Positions 49,693-61,069 of a stretch of 64,000 nucleotides of DNA are shown here, one piece after another. Below the pieces are notes generated by a model, which had not been told where the DNA came from, ran no database searches, and was given only the letters and a program-made list of their open reading frames with translations. A program made the position numbers and the translations under genes. Position 1 is the first letter of the stretch. Each line of letters begins with the position of its first letter. This DNA comes from Cyanobacteriota bacterium (lineage in GTDB: Bacteria; Cyanobacteriota; Cyanobacteriia; Thermostichales; Thermostichaceae), in contig JANRIL010000041.1 in NCBI GenBank assembly GCA_033764955.1, positions 32,001 to 96,000 on the forward strand, written 5' to 3'.

Positions 49693-50505
49693 ATGGTAGG
49701 CTCCCCCACCTGGTTCCTCGCAGCCGGACTCTCGCTTGCCTCCCTAATCGCGGTAGGAGTAACTATCATCCACCCAGAGCGAGAGGGGTTCTTAACCGAG
49801 GGGGAGTATCCAGTCACCGCCTCTAGTCATGCCTTGAGTCATCCGTTGCACCAAGCCATTCAACAGGGATCCCTGACGGAGGTTGTCTCACTGCTGCGCC
49901 AAGGGGCGGATCCTAATCACCCACAGAATGGCCTGACCGCTCTCCACCTAGCTACCCAGGTGGGCAACCCGACGATCATGCAAGTGGTAATGGCGGCAGG
50001 AGCTGATTTGGAAGCTCGTGATCCAGACGGCAAAACTCCCCTGGTTTACTCCCTCCACCATTCGGATCCTGATGGGATGGAGATTCTGTTGGATCAAGGA
50101 GCAGATCCCAACACTCAGGACAACAACCTCTGGACTCCATTGGAACATGCCGCTTGGTTGAGGCGCACAGAACAGGTTGCTATACTCCTCAATGCCGGAG
50201 TAGATGTGAATGCGCGGGATGCCTGCGGTCGTTCCAGCCTGCATTATGCCGTTTGGGTCAATGACTGGGAAATTGTGCGACAGTTGCTAGCCGCAGGTGC
50301 TGATGTGAATGCGCGGGATCGCTGCTGTGCTTCGGTGTTGCACTGGGCAGCCAAAGCTGGAAATCCAGAGATGGTGGGCTACTTGATTGCTGCTGGAGCC
50401 GACATTCACGCCAACGGCAGTCAGGGGTCTGTGATGGACTGGGCCACACCGGAGGTAGTTCCCATTCTGCGATCTGCCCAAACTCTGGCGCAGGCTAGCT
50501 ACTAA
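49693..50505 (+). CDS. Ankyrin repeat protein with N-terminal hydrophobic segment
   Basis: Repeated TALHLA/TPL..GADVNARD units. Confidence 0.92.
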   Translation: MVGSPTWFLAAGLSLASLIAVGVTIIHPEREGFLTEGEYPVTASSHALSHPLHQAIQQGSLTEVVSLLRQGADPNHPQNGLTALHLATQVGNPTIMQVVMAAGADLEARDPDGKTPLVYSLHHSDPDGMEILLDQGADPNTQDNNLWTPLEHAAWLRRTEQVAILLNAGVDVNARDACGRSSLHYAVWVNDWEIVRQLLAAGADVNARDRCCASVLHWAAKAGNPEMVGYLIAAGADIHANGSQGSVMDWATPEVVPILRSAQTLAQASY

Positions 50506-50589
50506 CCTATTGCCTGACAACTCCTCTCTCCACTACCAACGAGAGTGACCTGTTGTCTGTACATTCTCAGCCATCGAACTCAGGTTATG

Positions 50590-50877
50590 TTAATCTAACT
50601 GATTCACTTTTGCCGACGATTTCTGACCTAAAAACCAATAGAGTTCAGCCACGATCAACCCCACTCCTAACCCCGTCACCCCAAGTTTGAGGGGGAGGGG
50701 TTGCTCCATTTTGGGAAACCGTTGCCTGGATGGCTGCTCATGTCTGGGATCCCTTGCCTCTTTCGGAAAAGAGCTGGGGGTAGCCGGAGTCAGGCCGGCA
50801 CTGCCCAGGAGCAACGTCAAGCTGAGCAGGGATCCCGTTAGGCAGACATGGAGTAGGGGTGAGAAAGGCAGTCGCAT
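50590..50877 (-). CDS. Small membrane protein associated with the Cu-ATPase
   Basis: QPLPLKLGVTGLG..ELYWFL resembles the N-terminus of cyanobacterial cupredoxin-domain proteins; no cupredoxin domain present. Confidence 0.55.
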   Translation of the reverse strand: MRLPFSPLLHVCLTGSLLSLTLLLGSAGLTPATPSSFPKEARDPRHEQPSRQRFPKMEQPLPLKLGVTGLGVGLIVAELYWFLGQKSSAKVNQLD

Positions 50878-50902
50878 CGAGAAGTAGGGGTAGGGGGACT
50901 AG

Positions 50903-53218
50903 CTAGGGGATCCCAGCGGAAAAGCGGCGCAGACGCAGTGCATTACTAACCACAGAAAGTGAGCTAACCGCCATCGCCGCCCCCGCCAGCATCGGGTTGA
51001 GCAGGATCCCCCAGGCTGGATAGAGCAGCCCCGCCGCAATCGGGATCCCTAGAACGTTGTAGATATAGGCAAAGAAGAGGTTTTGGCGGATGTTGTGGAG
51101 AGTAGCGCGGCTGAGATGGATGGCCGTAGCAAGCATCCGCAAGTCCCCCGATAAGAGGGTAATATCACTGGCGGCAATGGCTACGTCGGTTCCCGTGCCA
51201 ATGGCGATGCCCACATCCGCCTGGGCGAGTGCCGGAGCATCGTTAATGCCATCTCCCACCATCCCCACAACTTTGCCCTGGGCTTGCAGAGCGCGAATCA
51301 CTCCCGCTTTTTGGTCGGGTCGAACCTGAGCCATCACCTGGTCGATGCCCACTTGCTGAGCGATGGCGGTGGCGGTAGCGGTTTGATCTCCCGTCAGCAT
51401 CACCACCTCTAGCCCCATCCGTTTTAGGGATCCCACCGCGTCCGCCGCTGAGGGTTTAAGGGGATCCGCGATAGCAATAGCTCCCCGCTGCTGGGATCCC
51501 ACCGCCACATAAACCATGGTTTGACCGGAGGTTTCTGCCATCGGGTCCAAAGGTAAGGGGGGATCAAGGCTGCCGATCTGATTTTCCCGCAACCAGCTTT
51601 GATTACCAATCCGAATGGTTTCTCCCTCCACGACCGCCACCACCCCACTGCCGGGAACCGCCTCAAATTGACTGGCCGGGGGTAGGGTTAATCCAGCGGC
51701 TAGCGCATGGTTAACAATGGCCTCCGCGAGGGGATGCTCCGATAGCCGCTCAACCGCCGCCGCCCATCTCAGCAGTTGCAGGGGATTTTTCTCCTGGTCA
51801 ATCACTCCCGTCACCGTCGGTTTGCCCTGGGTCAAGGTGCCAGTTTTGTCAAAAACAAGAGTGGTTAGGCGGTGAACTTGCTCTAAGCTGTCAGCCCGCT
51901 TAAAAAGGATCCCCAATTCGGCTCCTTTGCCCATGCCCACCATAACCGAGGTGGGGGTGGCTAACCCCAACGCACAGGGGCAGGCAATGATCAGCACCGT
52001 AGCTGCCGTCAGAGTCGCCACCGTCAGATTGCCCATCCACCAAAACCAGAGGAGAAAGGTGGTGATGGCGATAGCGATCACCACGGGCACAAACCAGCCG
52101 GTAATCTGATCCGCTAACTTTTGAATGGGTGCCTTTGAGGATTGTGCCTGTTTCACCAACTGCACGATTTGCGCCAGCACCGTAGCTTTGCCCACCCGAC
52201 TGGCTCGCATTTGAAAACTGCCCAGTTTGTTGATGGTGGCTCCGATCACCTCGTCCCCCACCTGCTTGTGAACCGGAAAACTCTCCCCACTGATCATGCT
52301 TTCGTCCACCGATGAAGATCCCGCCACCACCACGCCATCCACCGGGATCCCTTCGCCGGGACGCACCACCACCACCTCCCCCACCCCCACCTCCGCCAGG
52401 GGAATATCGATCTCTTGGCTATCTCGAATCACCCGCGCCGTTTTGGGCTGCAACCCCAACAAATGGCGGATCGCCGCCGAGGTTTGCTGCTTAGCTCGAC
52501 TTTCCAACCGTTGACCCAGCAAAATCAGGGTGATCACCACCGCCGCTGATTCATAATAAACATCGGCAGGTAGCCCCTGACGGTGCCACCATTCAGGAAA
52601 AATTGTGGGAAACAAAGAATACCCATAGGCCACATGGGTTCCCAAGGCCACCAACGTATCCATAGTGGCAACATGATGGCGAAAAGCGCTCCAGGCTCCC
52701 CAGAGAAAGCGCCGCCCCGCCCAAAATTGGACAGGAGCCGTCAGCATAAGCTGCACCCACGGATTATGGAGCTGATGGGGGATCCCTGGAATGGGCAATC
52801 CGGTCATCATGGGTAGGGATCCCACCACGACGATGCTGCTCAGGACGGCGCTGACCCATAGCTCCTGTTGCAGGCGACGATCAGCCTGTTGGCGGGCATG
52901 GTTAAGAGCCGCTTCCTCCCCCAGTCCATCGCTGGCGAGGGTGGCCTGATAACCCAGATCGGTGATGGTTTTTTGCAGGCTAGCGAGGGAGGTTTGCTGG
53001 GGATCATAGCGGAGGGTAGCCTGTTCACTGGCAAAGCTGACACTACAGGCGATCACACCACGGGTGGATTGCAGCGTTTGCTCAATCGTGGTCGCACAAC
53101 TGGCACAGCTCATCCCCTCTACATCCAGCAGCAGATCGGGGAAGTTCTGAGGGGAAGAGGGAACGGGGGAGGGATCCCTACGCTCTTGGGATGGGGGATG
53201 GGAAGAAAACGTAGTCAT
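50903..53218 (-). CDS. copA: Cu(I)-translocating P1B-type ATPase (CopA/PacS-like)
   Basis: GMSCASC, CPC, DKTGT, SEHPL, GDGIND, YN and MAVSS motifs. Confidence 0.93.
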   Translation of the reverse strand: MTTFSSHPPSQERRDPSPVPSSPQNFPDLLLDVEGMSCASCATTIEQTLQSTRGVIACSVSFASEQATLRYDPQQTSLASLQKTITDLGYQATLASDGLGEEAALNHARQQADRRLQQELWVSAVLSSIVVVGSLPMMTGLPIPGIPHQLHNPWVQLMLTAPVQFWAGRRFLWGAWSAFRHHVATMDTLVALGTHVAYGYSLFPTIFPEWWHRQGLPADVYYESAAVVITLILLGQRLESRAKQQTSAAIRHLLGLQPKTARVIRDSQEIDIPLAEVGVGEVVVVRPGEGIPVDGVVVAGSSSVDESMISGESFPVHKQVGDEVIGATINKLGSFQMRASRVGKATVLAQIVQLVKQAQSSKAPIQKLADQITGWFVPVVIAIAITTFLLWFWWMGNLTVATLTAATVLIIACPCALGLATPTSVMVGMGKGAELGILFKRADSLEQVHRLTTLVFDKTGTLTQGKPTVTGVIDQEKNPLQLLRWAAAVERLSEHPLAEAIVNHALAAGLTLPPASQFEAVPGSGVVAVVEGETIRIGNQSWLRENQIGSLDPPLPLDPMAETSGQTMVYVAVGSQQRGAIAIADPLKPSAADAVGSLKRMGLEVVMLTGDQTATATAIAQQVGIDQVMAQVRPDQKAGVIRALQAQGKVVGMVGDGINDAPALAQADVGIAIGTGTDVAIAASDITLLSGDLRMLATAIHLSRATLHNIRQNLFFAYIYNVLGIPIAAGLLYPAWGILLNPMLAGAAMAVSSLSVVSNALRLRRFSAGIP

Positions 53219-53221
53219 GGT

Positions 53222-53416
53222 TTATTGGGGGGGATAACCTGCGGCTGCTAGAGTTTGCCGGATCTGCCCCTCCGGTTGCTGGCTGGTCACAATCACCTGC
53301 TTGGTTTTGGGATCCGCCTGCACCACCGCCTGCGGATCTAACTTCTGAATGGCCTGGGTAACGGTAGCTACGCAAGCACCACAAGCCAGTTTGGGAACAT
53401 GAAATTGCAGAGCCAT
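53222..53416 (-). CDS. HMA-domain copper chaperone (CopZ/Atx1-like)
   Basis: 64 aa, LACGAC motif, ends AAGYP. Confidence 0.88.
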   Translation of the reverse strand: MALQFHVPKLACGACVATVTQAIQKLDPQAVVQADPKTKQVIVTSQQPEGQIRQTLAAAGYPPQ

Positions 53417-53453
53417 AAAGCCTGTGAAGAGAGTTTTTAGTAACGATAGATTC

Positions 53454-53485
53454 AGCCTAAAGTCTCCTGTCCACTGGAGAGTCAA
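53454..53485 (-). promoter_or_regulatory. MerR-type promoter/operator
   Basis: TTGACT, 19-20 bp spacer containing the dyad TCTCCAGT-GG-ACAGGAGA, then TAGGCT. Confidence 0.8.
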
Positions 53486-53715
53486 GAGGGATCCCTGCCT
53501 TTGTTGCCCTTTTTGGCTAGCCAGAGGGTTTACGATCGAGGAAGTTATCCTCCGGTAAGGCCACCTCAGCCATGAAACCCTCACAATCCGAGATCCCCTC
53601 CCCAACCCTGCTGGCTTCCTCTCGACAGAGGGATCCTGGTCTGTCCGCCCTTCAGCCCAATCCAACGCTTAGGCCAGAGATTGATGGCGAAGGGGATCAA
53701 GAACAAGAAAAAATA

Positions 53716-54207
53716 GTGGGACTTTTGATCGGGCAGGTAGCGGCTGAAAGTGGGGTGCCGATCAAAACCATTCGCTTTTATGAAGAACAGGGATTACTCA
53801 CTGCTCTAGGCCGTTCTGCGGGGGGATTTCGCTTATTTTCTGTAGATGTTTTGCCCCGTTTAGCTTTTATCAAGCGGGTACAAAAATTGGGGATGAGTCT
53901 ACAAGAGATCCGCGAGTTTCTTGACATCCGCGATCAAGGATCCTATCCCTGCGACAAAATCCACGAAAAACTCAAGGGCAAAATCCTCGATATTGACCAG
54001 CGGATTGAGCACCTGTTAAGCCTCAAGCACCATTTGCTCGACCTACTCACCGCTTGGGAAGCCCCCCCCCACATGGCAGGAAGCCACTATTTGCCCCAAC
54101 CTGCAACGGTGACCGCGATAGAAACTTCAGCCGCTCTCCCCCTGGCATCCGTGGGATCCCTAGGGATCCCTTCCCGACTTTCTCCCCCAGGCTCTAAGCT
54201 GAGATAA
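53716..54207 (+). CDS. MerR family heavy-metal-responsive regulator
   Basis: IGQVA..TIRFYEEQGLL..GFRLF..FIKR..LQEI..PC; start uncertain (53572 possible). Confidence 0.88.
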   Translation: MGLLIGQVAAESGVPIKTIRFYEEQGLLTALGRSAGGFRLFSVDVLPRLAFIKRVQKLGMSLQEIREFLDIRDQGSYPCDKIHEKLKGKILDIDQRIEHLLSLKHHLLDLLTAWEAPPHMAGSHYLPQPATVTAIETSAALPLASVGSLGIPSRLSPPGSKLR

Positions 54208-54253
54208 GCCTTTTTCGTAGGGCTAAGGCAGAGCGCAAATCGTTTGGACAGCT

Positions 54254-56071
54254 ATGACAACACGCACCCATTCACGCACCCATTACTGTGGGCAACTGGC
54301 ATCGGCAGATATCGGCCAGCAGGTGACGCTATGCGGTTGGATCGACCGCCGCCGTGATCATGGGGGGGTGATTTTCCTCGATTTGCGGGATCGATCCGGT
54401 TTGGTGCAGTTGGTCAGCGATCCCCAAAAAACCCCTGACTCCTACGAGGTGGCGGGAGAAGTTCGCAGTGAATATGTGGTGCAGATCCACGGAACCGTTT
54501 GTGAGCGCCCACCAGAATCGGTCAACCCCCGCCTAGCCACGGGGACGATTGAGGTTTATGCCGATCGAATTGAGATCCTCAACCGGGTTGGCAAGCAACT
54601 GCCTTTTAGCATTACGGAAGGGGAAGCCGAATCGGTTCGAGAAGAAGTTCGGCTGAAATATCGCTATCTGGATCTGCGACGGCAGCAGATGTCGCAAAAT
54701 CTGCAACTGCGCCATCGGGTGGTGAAAGCCATCCGCCGATTTTTGGAAGATCACGAACACTTTATGGAAGTGGAGACTCCCATTCTGACCCGCTCCACCC
54801 CCGAAGGGGCACGGGATTATCTGGTGCCGAGTCGGGTTAACCCAGGGGAGTGGTTTGCTCTGCCGCAGTCTCCCCAATTGTTTAAGCAACTGCTGATGGT
54901 GGCCGGATTGGATCGCTACTACCAAATTGCCCGCTGCTTTCGAGATGAAGACCTGCGCGCGGATCGCCAGCCGGAGTTCACCCAACTGGATATGGAAATG
55001 AGCTTTATGGATCAGGCAGACATCCTGACCCTCAACGAGCGGCTGGTTTGCCACCTCTTTCAGACGATCAAAAACATTGAACTGCCCACCCCTTTTCCTC
55101 GCATCACCTATGCCGAAGCGATGGATCGCTATGGCTGTGACCGTCCAGACACCCGCTTTGGCATGGAGTTGGTGGATGTCTCGAATTTTTTTCAAGGTAC
55201 CCGCTTCAAAGTTTTCGCCAATGTTTTAGCTAGTGGCGGCATCATCAAAGTCTTGCCCATTGCGGGTGGGGACGAACTGATCTCCAACACCCGCATCAAA
55301 CCAGGGGGAGATTTGTTCAAGTTAGCGGCTCAGTATGGGGCGCAGGGACTGGCTTTCATTCGCGTTCGTCCCGGCAACAGTTTGGATACGATTGGTGCCC
55401 TCAAAGAGAGCCTGAGCGAGGCACAACAAGCCCAGTTGCTAGAAAAAACCGGTTGCCAAACCGGAGATCTGCTACTTTTCGGAGCGGGTGCGCCCGCGAT
55501 TGTCAACGAGTCTCTTCATCGTCTCCGCTTGCATTTGGGCAAGGAGCTGGGGAGGATCCCGGCGGATGCGATTCATTTGCTTTGGGTGACCGACTTCCCC
55601 ATGTTTGAATTTAATCCTGAGGAGCAGCGCCTACAAGCCATTCACCATCCCTTTACTGCCCCCAATCCCGCTGATTTAGGGGATTTACCGACGGCACGAG
55701 CCATTGCCTACGACCTAGTTTGGAATGGTATTGAAGTGGGTGGCGGCAGTCTACGCATCTATCAACGGGACATTCAAGAAAAAGTTTTTGCTGCTCTCGG
55801 TCTGGATCTGGCCACAGCTCAGGAGAAGTTCGGATTTTTATTAGAAGCCTTTGAGTATGGTACTCCCCCCCACGGCGGCATTGCCTATGGGTTAGATCGT
55901 TTGGTCATGTTGCTGGCCGGGGAAGACTCGATTCGAGATGTCATTGCGTTTCCAAAAACTCAACAGGCAAAATGCCTCCTCACGGGTGCTCCTTCATCGG
56001 TAGAAAGCAAACAACTGCGAGAGCTTTATGTGGCCTCTACCTATCAACCTACGGCAGAAAAGTCGACATGA
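54254..56071 (+). CDS. aspS: Aspartate-tRNA ligase
   Basis: [28 protein letters not shown] and PPHGG motifs. Confidence 0.97.
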   Translation: MTTRTHSRTHYCGQLASADIGQQVTLCGWIDRRRDHGGVIFLDLRDRSGLVQLVSDPQKTPDSYEVAGEVRSEYVVQIHGTVCERPPESVNPRLATGTIEVYADRIEILNRVGKQLPFSITEGEAESVREEVRLKYRYLDLRRQQMSQNLQLRHRVVKAIRRFLEDHEHFMEVETPILTRSTPEGARDYLVPSRVNPGEWFALPQSPQLFKQLLMVAGLDRYYQIARCFRDEDLRADRQPEFTQLDMEMSFMDQADILTLNERLVCHLFQTIKNIELPTPFPRITYAEAMDRYGCDRPDTRFGMELVDVSNFFQGTRFKVFANVLASGGIIKVLPIAGGDELISNTRIKPGGDLFKLAAQYGAQGLAFIRVRPGNSLDTIGALKESLSEAQQAQLLEKTGCQTGDLLLFGAGAPAIVNESLHRLRLHLGKELGRIPADAIHLLWVTDFPMFEFNPEEQRLQAIHHPFTAPNPADLGDLPTARAIAYDLVWNGIEVGGGSLRIYQRDIQEKVFAALGLDLATAQEKFGFLLEAFEYGTPPHGGIAYGLDRLVMLLAGEDSIRDVIAFPKTQQAKCLLTGAPSSVESKQLRELYVASTYQPTAEKST

Positions 56072-57132
56072 TCAACCTGATTACTGAGTTGAAACGTTTA
56101 GGGATCCTGGATGGGTTATCGTTTCAAGTCGCTTCGGTGGGAGCGAGAGATATGGGTGAGCAAGATTTTTCCCATCTTTGGTATGAATTAGGTGAACAAC
56201 TCACCATCTACAATTTTGAACCCGATGAACAAGAATGCCAAAAACTTGCTGAAAGATTTACTCGGCAAGGCATGACTCATCAAGAAATTTATATTCCCAA
56301 AGCCCTTGGTCAACGTTCGGGACAAGAGGATTTTTATATCACCCGCAACCCCGGTTGTTCCTCCCTATATCTACCTGATGAGGATTTCTTGGGTCGCCTG
56401 AGCCTCAGTCGCAGCACGAGTGGAAAATTCGAGCGGCTGAAGGATCTGAATGAATGGACTCAATTCGCTAGGGTTGAAACGGTCAACTGCTCAACCTTGG
56501 ATCAAGAGATTGGCAATCACCCTATTGATTTTATAAAGATTGATGCTCAAGGAGCCGGTTTAGATATCTTGAGAGGGGGTGAAGAGAGGGTTTTGAACTC
56601 ACTACTAGCCATTCAAGTTGAAATCGAATTTGTTAACCTTTATCACGGTGAATCTCTTTTTGGTGAAGTTGATACTTTCTTGCGGCAAAGAGGGTTTTCA
56701 CTTTTACTGATTGATCCTTCCGGTCAAAAGCTGCGATCCCTTACTCCGCTTGTCTATCAACGACAACCTTCCCCTTACTTTGTCGGTCAACTGGTTTGGG
56801 GAGATGTCATTTATTATCGAGATCTTATTCAAACTCCAGACTCTCATCCTAATTTGCCACAGTCATTACTTAAGCTTATTTGTGTTTTGTATTGCTTACT
56901 TCCCCATCGTTTTATCGACATTTGTGCGGAATATATCATCTATCTGATTACCCATTATGGGGATCCCCAAGCCAATCATCTTTTTGATCTCATGCCTATC
57001 ATCAAAGACTGGTTTCAATCTCCTGATCTAGGATTGCAACTATCCGACGCTGAGCTAGGAGAAACAAAAGCTTGGCAGCAACTTTCCTGGGCTAAAGAGT
57101 TAGCTCAGCAGATATCCACGTTGGAGGATTAA
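56068..57132 (+). CDS. FkbM family methyltransferase
   Basis: ATGA overlap with the aspS stop; [28 protein letters not shown]. Confidence 0.85.
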   Translation: MINLITELKRLGILDGLSFQVASVGARDMGEQDFSHLWYELGEQLTIYNFEPDEQECQKLAERFTRQGMTHQEIYIPKALGQRSGQEDFYITRNPGCSSLYLPDEDFLGRLSLSRSTSGKFERLKDLNEWTQFARVETVNCSTLDQEIGNHPIDFIKIDAQGAGLDILRGGEERVLNSLLAIQVEIEFVNLYHGESLFGEVDTFLRQRGFSLLLIDPSGQKLRSLTPLVYQRQPSPYFVGQLVWGDVIYYRDLIQTPDSHPNLPQSLLKLICVLYCLLPHRFIDICAEYIIYLITHYGDPQANHLFDLMPIIKDWFQSPDLGLQLSDAELGETKAWQQLSWAKELAQQISTLED

Positions 57133-57327
57133 GCCATTATTGGGTCACCATGAGATGGCCAATGGGTTATTCATCTCCTGGTTTGTCAGGACAGGTTGTG
57201 CAACAAAATCTGAATTTTTTTTGCAAATCTCAGGAACCCCTCCACAGGATCAGAGGGATCCCCGATGGATCTACTACACTTTGGGTGAGTTAATCCCGCC
57301 ATCCACATCACCCAACTAGGAGCCGGT

Positions 57328-58047
57328 ATGGCAGAAACTTTATACACTTATGCTTTTTTCCCAGTGCCGGATGCCGCCATTGTAGATGCTATTGAGCAAA
57401 CGGAGGGTCTAGCCGGATCAATTCAGGTGGTTGCTCCCCAGGGAGGAATGATCGCGGCAGCGGTAGAGCGCTTATCGGATTTGGCCTATTTGGAATCCTC
57501 CGATGAAATGCTCCTCCGTTCTGCTCTGCGCCATGATCAGGTCATTTGCCAACTATTTAGTCAGCTACAGGTTTTGCCCCTGCGATTCGGAACCTGTTTT
57601 GTTTCCCGCGAAAAGTTGCAATCCCATCTTTTGGCTAAGCAGGTAGATTATTCGGAAGCCCTCAGCAGCATAGTTGGACGGGCGGAATATCTCTTGAAGG
57701 TTTTTGCTCCAAGCGAGGTTCAACCTCTAGATCCCTCAACAACGACTTCAGGAACCGCTTATCTATTAGCCAAAAAACAAGCCTATGCACGCCTACAGGC
57801 TCAAGCGGCTGAGCAGGCTGCTTTGCTCAATGAAATCCAGGAATTATGGCCACTTGATTGGCCAAGGCAAACCATTTCTCCGCAAACGGATGAGATTTTA
57901 AGAATCTATTTTTTGTTGTCAGCCGTAGAGTATCATCACGCATTGACCATTACAAAAGAGTGGCTAGAAGCGCATGAAGGGTGGAAGCTAGAGTGGAGTA
58001 CCGCTTTGCCCCCTTACCACTTTGTTCAATCGCCCGCTCTATCTTAA
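57328..58047 (+). CDS. GvpL/GvpF family protein
   Basis: LYTYAF, HDQVI..VLPLRFGT, SGTAYL and LPPYHF motifs. Confidence 0.85.
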   Translation: MAETLYTYAFFPVPDAAIVDAIEQTEGLAGSIQVVAPQGGMIAAAVERLSDLAYLESSDEMLLRSALRHDQVICQLFSQLQVLPLRFGTCFVSREKLQSHLLAKQVDYSEALSSIVGRAEYLLKVFAPSEVQPLDPSTTTSGTAYLLAKKQAYARLQAQAAEQAALLNEIQELWPLDWPRQTISPQTDEILRIYFLLSAVEYHHALTITKEWLEAHEGWKLEWSTALPPYHFVQSPALS

Positions 58048-58237
58048 GGTTCAATTCCCTGCTATCACCCCACCATCAATAGGATCACCAATGTGAGTAA
58101 CGGCGTGAATGGTCAATCCACTAACTTAGTTAGCCAGCGATCCTATTGCCTTATTCACTGAAGAAGTTTATTTTGGATTGACGGAAATACTTGAAAACTA
58201 ATTTCCTCAATCTTTTTGTTGAGCCTCAGGGATCCCT

Positions 58238-59998
58238 ATGCCACCATTTATTCGACGCCATTTTTGGATTTTTGGGATCCTCAATCTCCTAGTTTGGCTG
58301 TTAGCAGCATGTGGTGAACCTACGGTTGTGAGAGAAACGCTGGTCAGCTCAGTGATTTCGGATCCCAAAACATTCAACCCCTATTTACAAGCAGAAAGTT
58401 CAAGCCGAGAGGTAACTGCCTACCTACAGGCAGGACTGACCCGACTCAACCCAGATACCCTCCTCCCCGAACCCGAATTGGCTGAGAAGTGGGAAGTCTT
58501 TGATGAGGGATTGCGTTATGTTTTTACTCTAAAATCTGGATTGCGATGGTCTGATGGATATCCATTAACGATGGAAGATGTGGATTTCACATTCAATCAA
58601 ATTATTTTCAATGAAAAGATTCCCACCTCCTCGCGGGATGTTCAGCGCATAGGGGAAAGTGGAACCTTACCTACGGTTACGCTTCTCAATGAATCCCAGA
58701 TAGAGTTTATTCTGCCGGAACCTTTTGCTCCCTTTTTGATTCAAGCAGGGGCATCTATTGTGCCAAAACATATCTTTCTGCCCACATTAGAGCAGGTGGA
58801 TGAGCAAGGAAACCCATTGTTTCTCAAATCTTGGGGTATCGATACTCCCGTTCATCAGTTGATCAGTGCTGGTCCTTATATCATCGCGGAATATACTCCT
58901 GGTCAACGGGTGGTCTATAGGGCAAACTCCCATTACTGGAAAAAAGGATCTCAAGGAGAGTTGTTGCCTAAAATTAGGCGACTGGTCATCCGAATCGTTG
59001 ACTCTCAAGACACCGCTTTGTTACAGTTTCGTTCTGGAGAAACAGACAGTTATAGTGTGAGAGGAAGTGATTTTCAGTTATTAAAACGGGAAGAAGATCG
59101 GGATCAATTCACCATTTATAATCTAGGATCCACCCTAAATAATAATTTTATATCCTTTAATCAGAGTAAAGCACGGGATCCCAAGTCGGGAAAGCCATTT
59201 GTGGATCCCATAAAAAGCCAATGGTTTAATGATATTTTCTTTCGACGAGCAGTTGCTTATGCCATGCACAAACAGGGCTATGTAGATAGCGTACAACAAG
59301 GTTTAGGCGAACCTCAAGATTCTGTTATTTCACCGGCTAGCCCCTTTCATCTGAGTCGCCAGGATGGGCTTCTGGTCTATGATTATGATCCACAAAAAGC
59401 ACGAGATCTGTTACTGTCGGCGGGATATCGCTATGACAATAATCAGCGACTACGGGATCCTCAAGATCATTTAGTTCGGTTCACTCTCAATACTAACTCT
59501 GGCAATAATCAACGGGAAGCAACAGGTTCATTAATTAAATCCGATCTCGATCAAATCGGTATTACCGTTGATTTTGTGCCCATTGCCTTTAACAAATTGG
59601 TTGAGATTACGGATCAGCGGGCATGGGAGGCGATCATTCTTGCTTTTGGAGGCGGGGGGACGGAACCTAATAATGGTTCCAATATCTGGCGTAGCACCGG
59701 ACGACTGCATTTGTGGAACCTAGGCGACTTGCCAGATAGTCGAGCCGAAGGAGTAGAAGTCACAGAGTGGGAACAGGAGATTGATCGGATCTTTAATCAG
59801 GGAACCCGTGAACTTGAATTTGCCAAACGCAAAATTCTGTATGACCGTTTCCAAGTTATTATTCAAGAGCAGTTGCCCCTAATTGGAACCTTTAATCCGC
59901 TGGTTTTAGATGCGATACGCAATCGGCTAGAGGGTGTGGATCCCAGACCCATTTTGGGATCCCTATGGAATCTTGATGAGATTATCTTGGCAAACTAG
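58238..59998 (+). CDS. ABC peptide/nickel transporter substrate-binding lipoprotein (family 5)
   Basis: LAAC lipobox, DPKTFN, LAEKW..LRWSDG. Confidence 0.9.
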   Translation: MPPFIRRHFWIFGILNLLVWLLAACGEPTVVRETLVSSVISDPKTFNPYLQAESSSREVTAYLQAGLTRLNPDTLLPEPELAEKWEVFDEGLRYVFTLKSGLRWSDGYPLTMEDVDFTFNQIIFNEKIPTSSRDVQRIGESGTLPTVTLLNESQIEFILPEPFAPFLIQAGASIVPKHIFLPTLEQVDEQGNPLFLKSWGIDTPVHQLISAGPYIIAEYTPGQRVVYRANSHYWKKGSQGELLPKIRRLVIRIVDSQDTALLQFRSGETDSYSVRGSDFQLLKREEDRDQFTIYNLGSTLNNNFISFNQSKARDPKSGKPFVDPIKSQWFNDIFFRRAVAYAMHKQGYVDSVQQGLGEPQDSVISPASPFHLSRQDGLLVYDYDPQKARDLLLSAGYRYDNNQRLRDPQDHLVRFTLNTNSGNNQREATGSLIKSDLDQIGITVDFVPIAFNKLVEITDQRAWEAIILAFGGGGTEPNNGSNIWRSTGRLHLWNLGDLPDSRAEGVEVTEWEQEIDRIFNQGTRELEFAKRKILYDRFQVIIQEQLPLIGTFNPLVLDAIRNRLEGVDPRPILGSLWNLDEIILAN

Positions 59999-60056
59999 CC
60001 AGAATTCACTAGTGGCTTTGAACGGTATGGTTTTGGGTTCTTTTGCTACTCATCTT

Positions 60057-60620
60057 CTAGCGACGAGTTTGTTTGAGCTTTTGCAATTCTTGCTCGACCT
60101 CAAGATCGTGGAACTGTTTTTCCAGTTCCTCCCAGGAGGAGGAGGGTTTCGTCCAACCACTAAATTCTTCTGTAGGGGTGGAACGAGCAGCTTTTTGTTG
60201 TTCGACTCGCATAGCTTGTAGCTTTTGTTTGACCTCCTGCCGTCGTTCTTGAATTTGTCGAAGTAAGGCTTCCATTTGGGCAATGCGTTCGCGGATCCCT
60301 TTCATCTGTCCCCACAGTTGATTACCCTGGTTGAGTAGATCGGCTTCGCGGTCACGTGCCCCTTGAGCGAGATCGGGACGGTTGGCCTTCATCGCTTTGT
60401 CGATGCGGAGATGCCAGGTTTTGATGGTTTCAGCGGTGGCTAAGACGCTATGTTGAAGTCGCTGTTCTTCCGAACGACTTTCGGCCAGCAATCTGACTGT
60501 ATCGGATTCCTGCTGGCGGAGTTGTTCATCAAGGGCTTGCAGTTCCAGATCGGGGTGAGCCTTCAGAAATTCCTCGAGGCGGGTTTCCAAAAAGCGGCTG
60601 AGGTCATCAAACAGTCCCAT
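60057..60620 (-). CDS. TIGR04376 family (PspA-like) coiled-coil protein
   Basis: MGLFDDLSRFLETRLEEFL..LLNQGNQLWG. Confidence 0.8.
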   Translation of the reverse strand: MGLFDDLSRFLETRLEEFLKAHPDLELQALDEQLRQQESDTVRLLAESRSEEQRLQHSVLATAETIKTWHLRIDKAMKANRPDLAQGARDREADLLNQGNQLWGQMKGIRERIAQMEALLRQIQERRQEVKQKLQAMRVEQQKAARSTPTEEFSGWTKPSSSWEELEKQFHDLEVEQELQKLKQTRR

Positions 60621-60739
60621 AATCTTGGATCCCTTCCCGTTCTGAAATAACCCCCATTTTACTTGGCCTATTCCTCGACGCTTCATGCCCCTGTGAAAAC
60701 TCTGAGGGGATCCAGACAATGGCCTGCCAGCCAGATCCA

Positions 60740-61003
60740 CTATGCCAGATGCCTCGCTAACACCGAACGGGGGGCGCGGCGAATCCGACAGAGAATAGTT
60801 TCGTGCCCCAAACGGGTACAGGCTTCCGTGCGATGACAGCCAGAAAAGCCATAAAATTGACCCTCCACCTCCAAAACATCAATCGGCTCCTGCTGCCCCA
60901 CCTCCTGAATGGATTGCATGAGTGCGGCCACTTTGCTCGCATCGGTTTGGCGGATGAGGGGACGACGAATCTGTGCCAAGGGGATCCGCTCTACTCTTGC
61001 CAT
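60740..61003 (-). CDS. srxA: Sulfiredoxin
   Basis: PIDV..YGFSGCHR signature. Confidence 0.9.
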   Translation of the reverse strand: MARVERIPLAQIRRPLIRQTDASKVAALMQSIQEVGQQEPIDVLEVEGQFYGFSGCHRTEACTRLGHETILCRIRRAPRSVLARHLA

Positions 61004-61069
61004 GGTGAAATGTCTCCCGACTATCTATTCTCTAAATCATACTCATAACGACTATGAGTTGAAAAGGAG

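Noticed and set aside
50203..50319. Repeated GATGTGAATGCGCGGGAT
   Set aside because: Explained by ankyrin repeat coding (DVNARD)
53417..53665. N-terminal extension of the copper chaperone ORF
   Set aside because: Spans the promoter/operator; ATG at 53416 gives a typical 64-aa HMA protein
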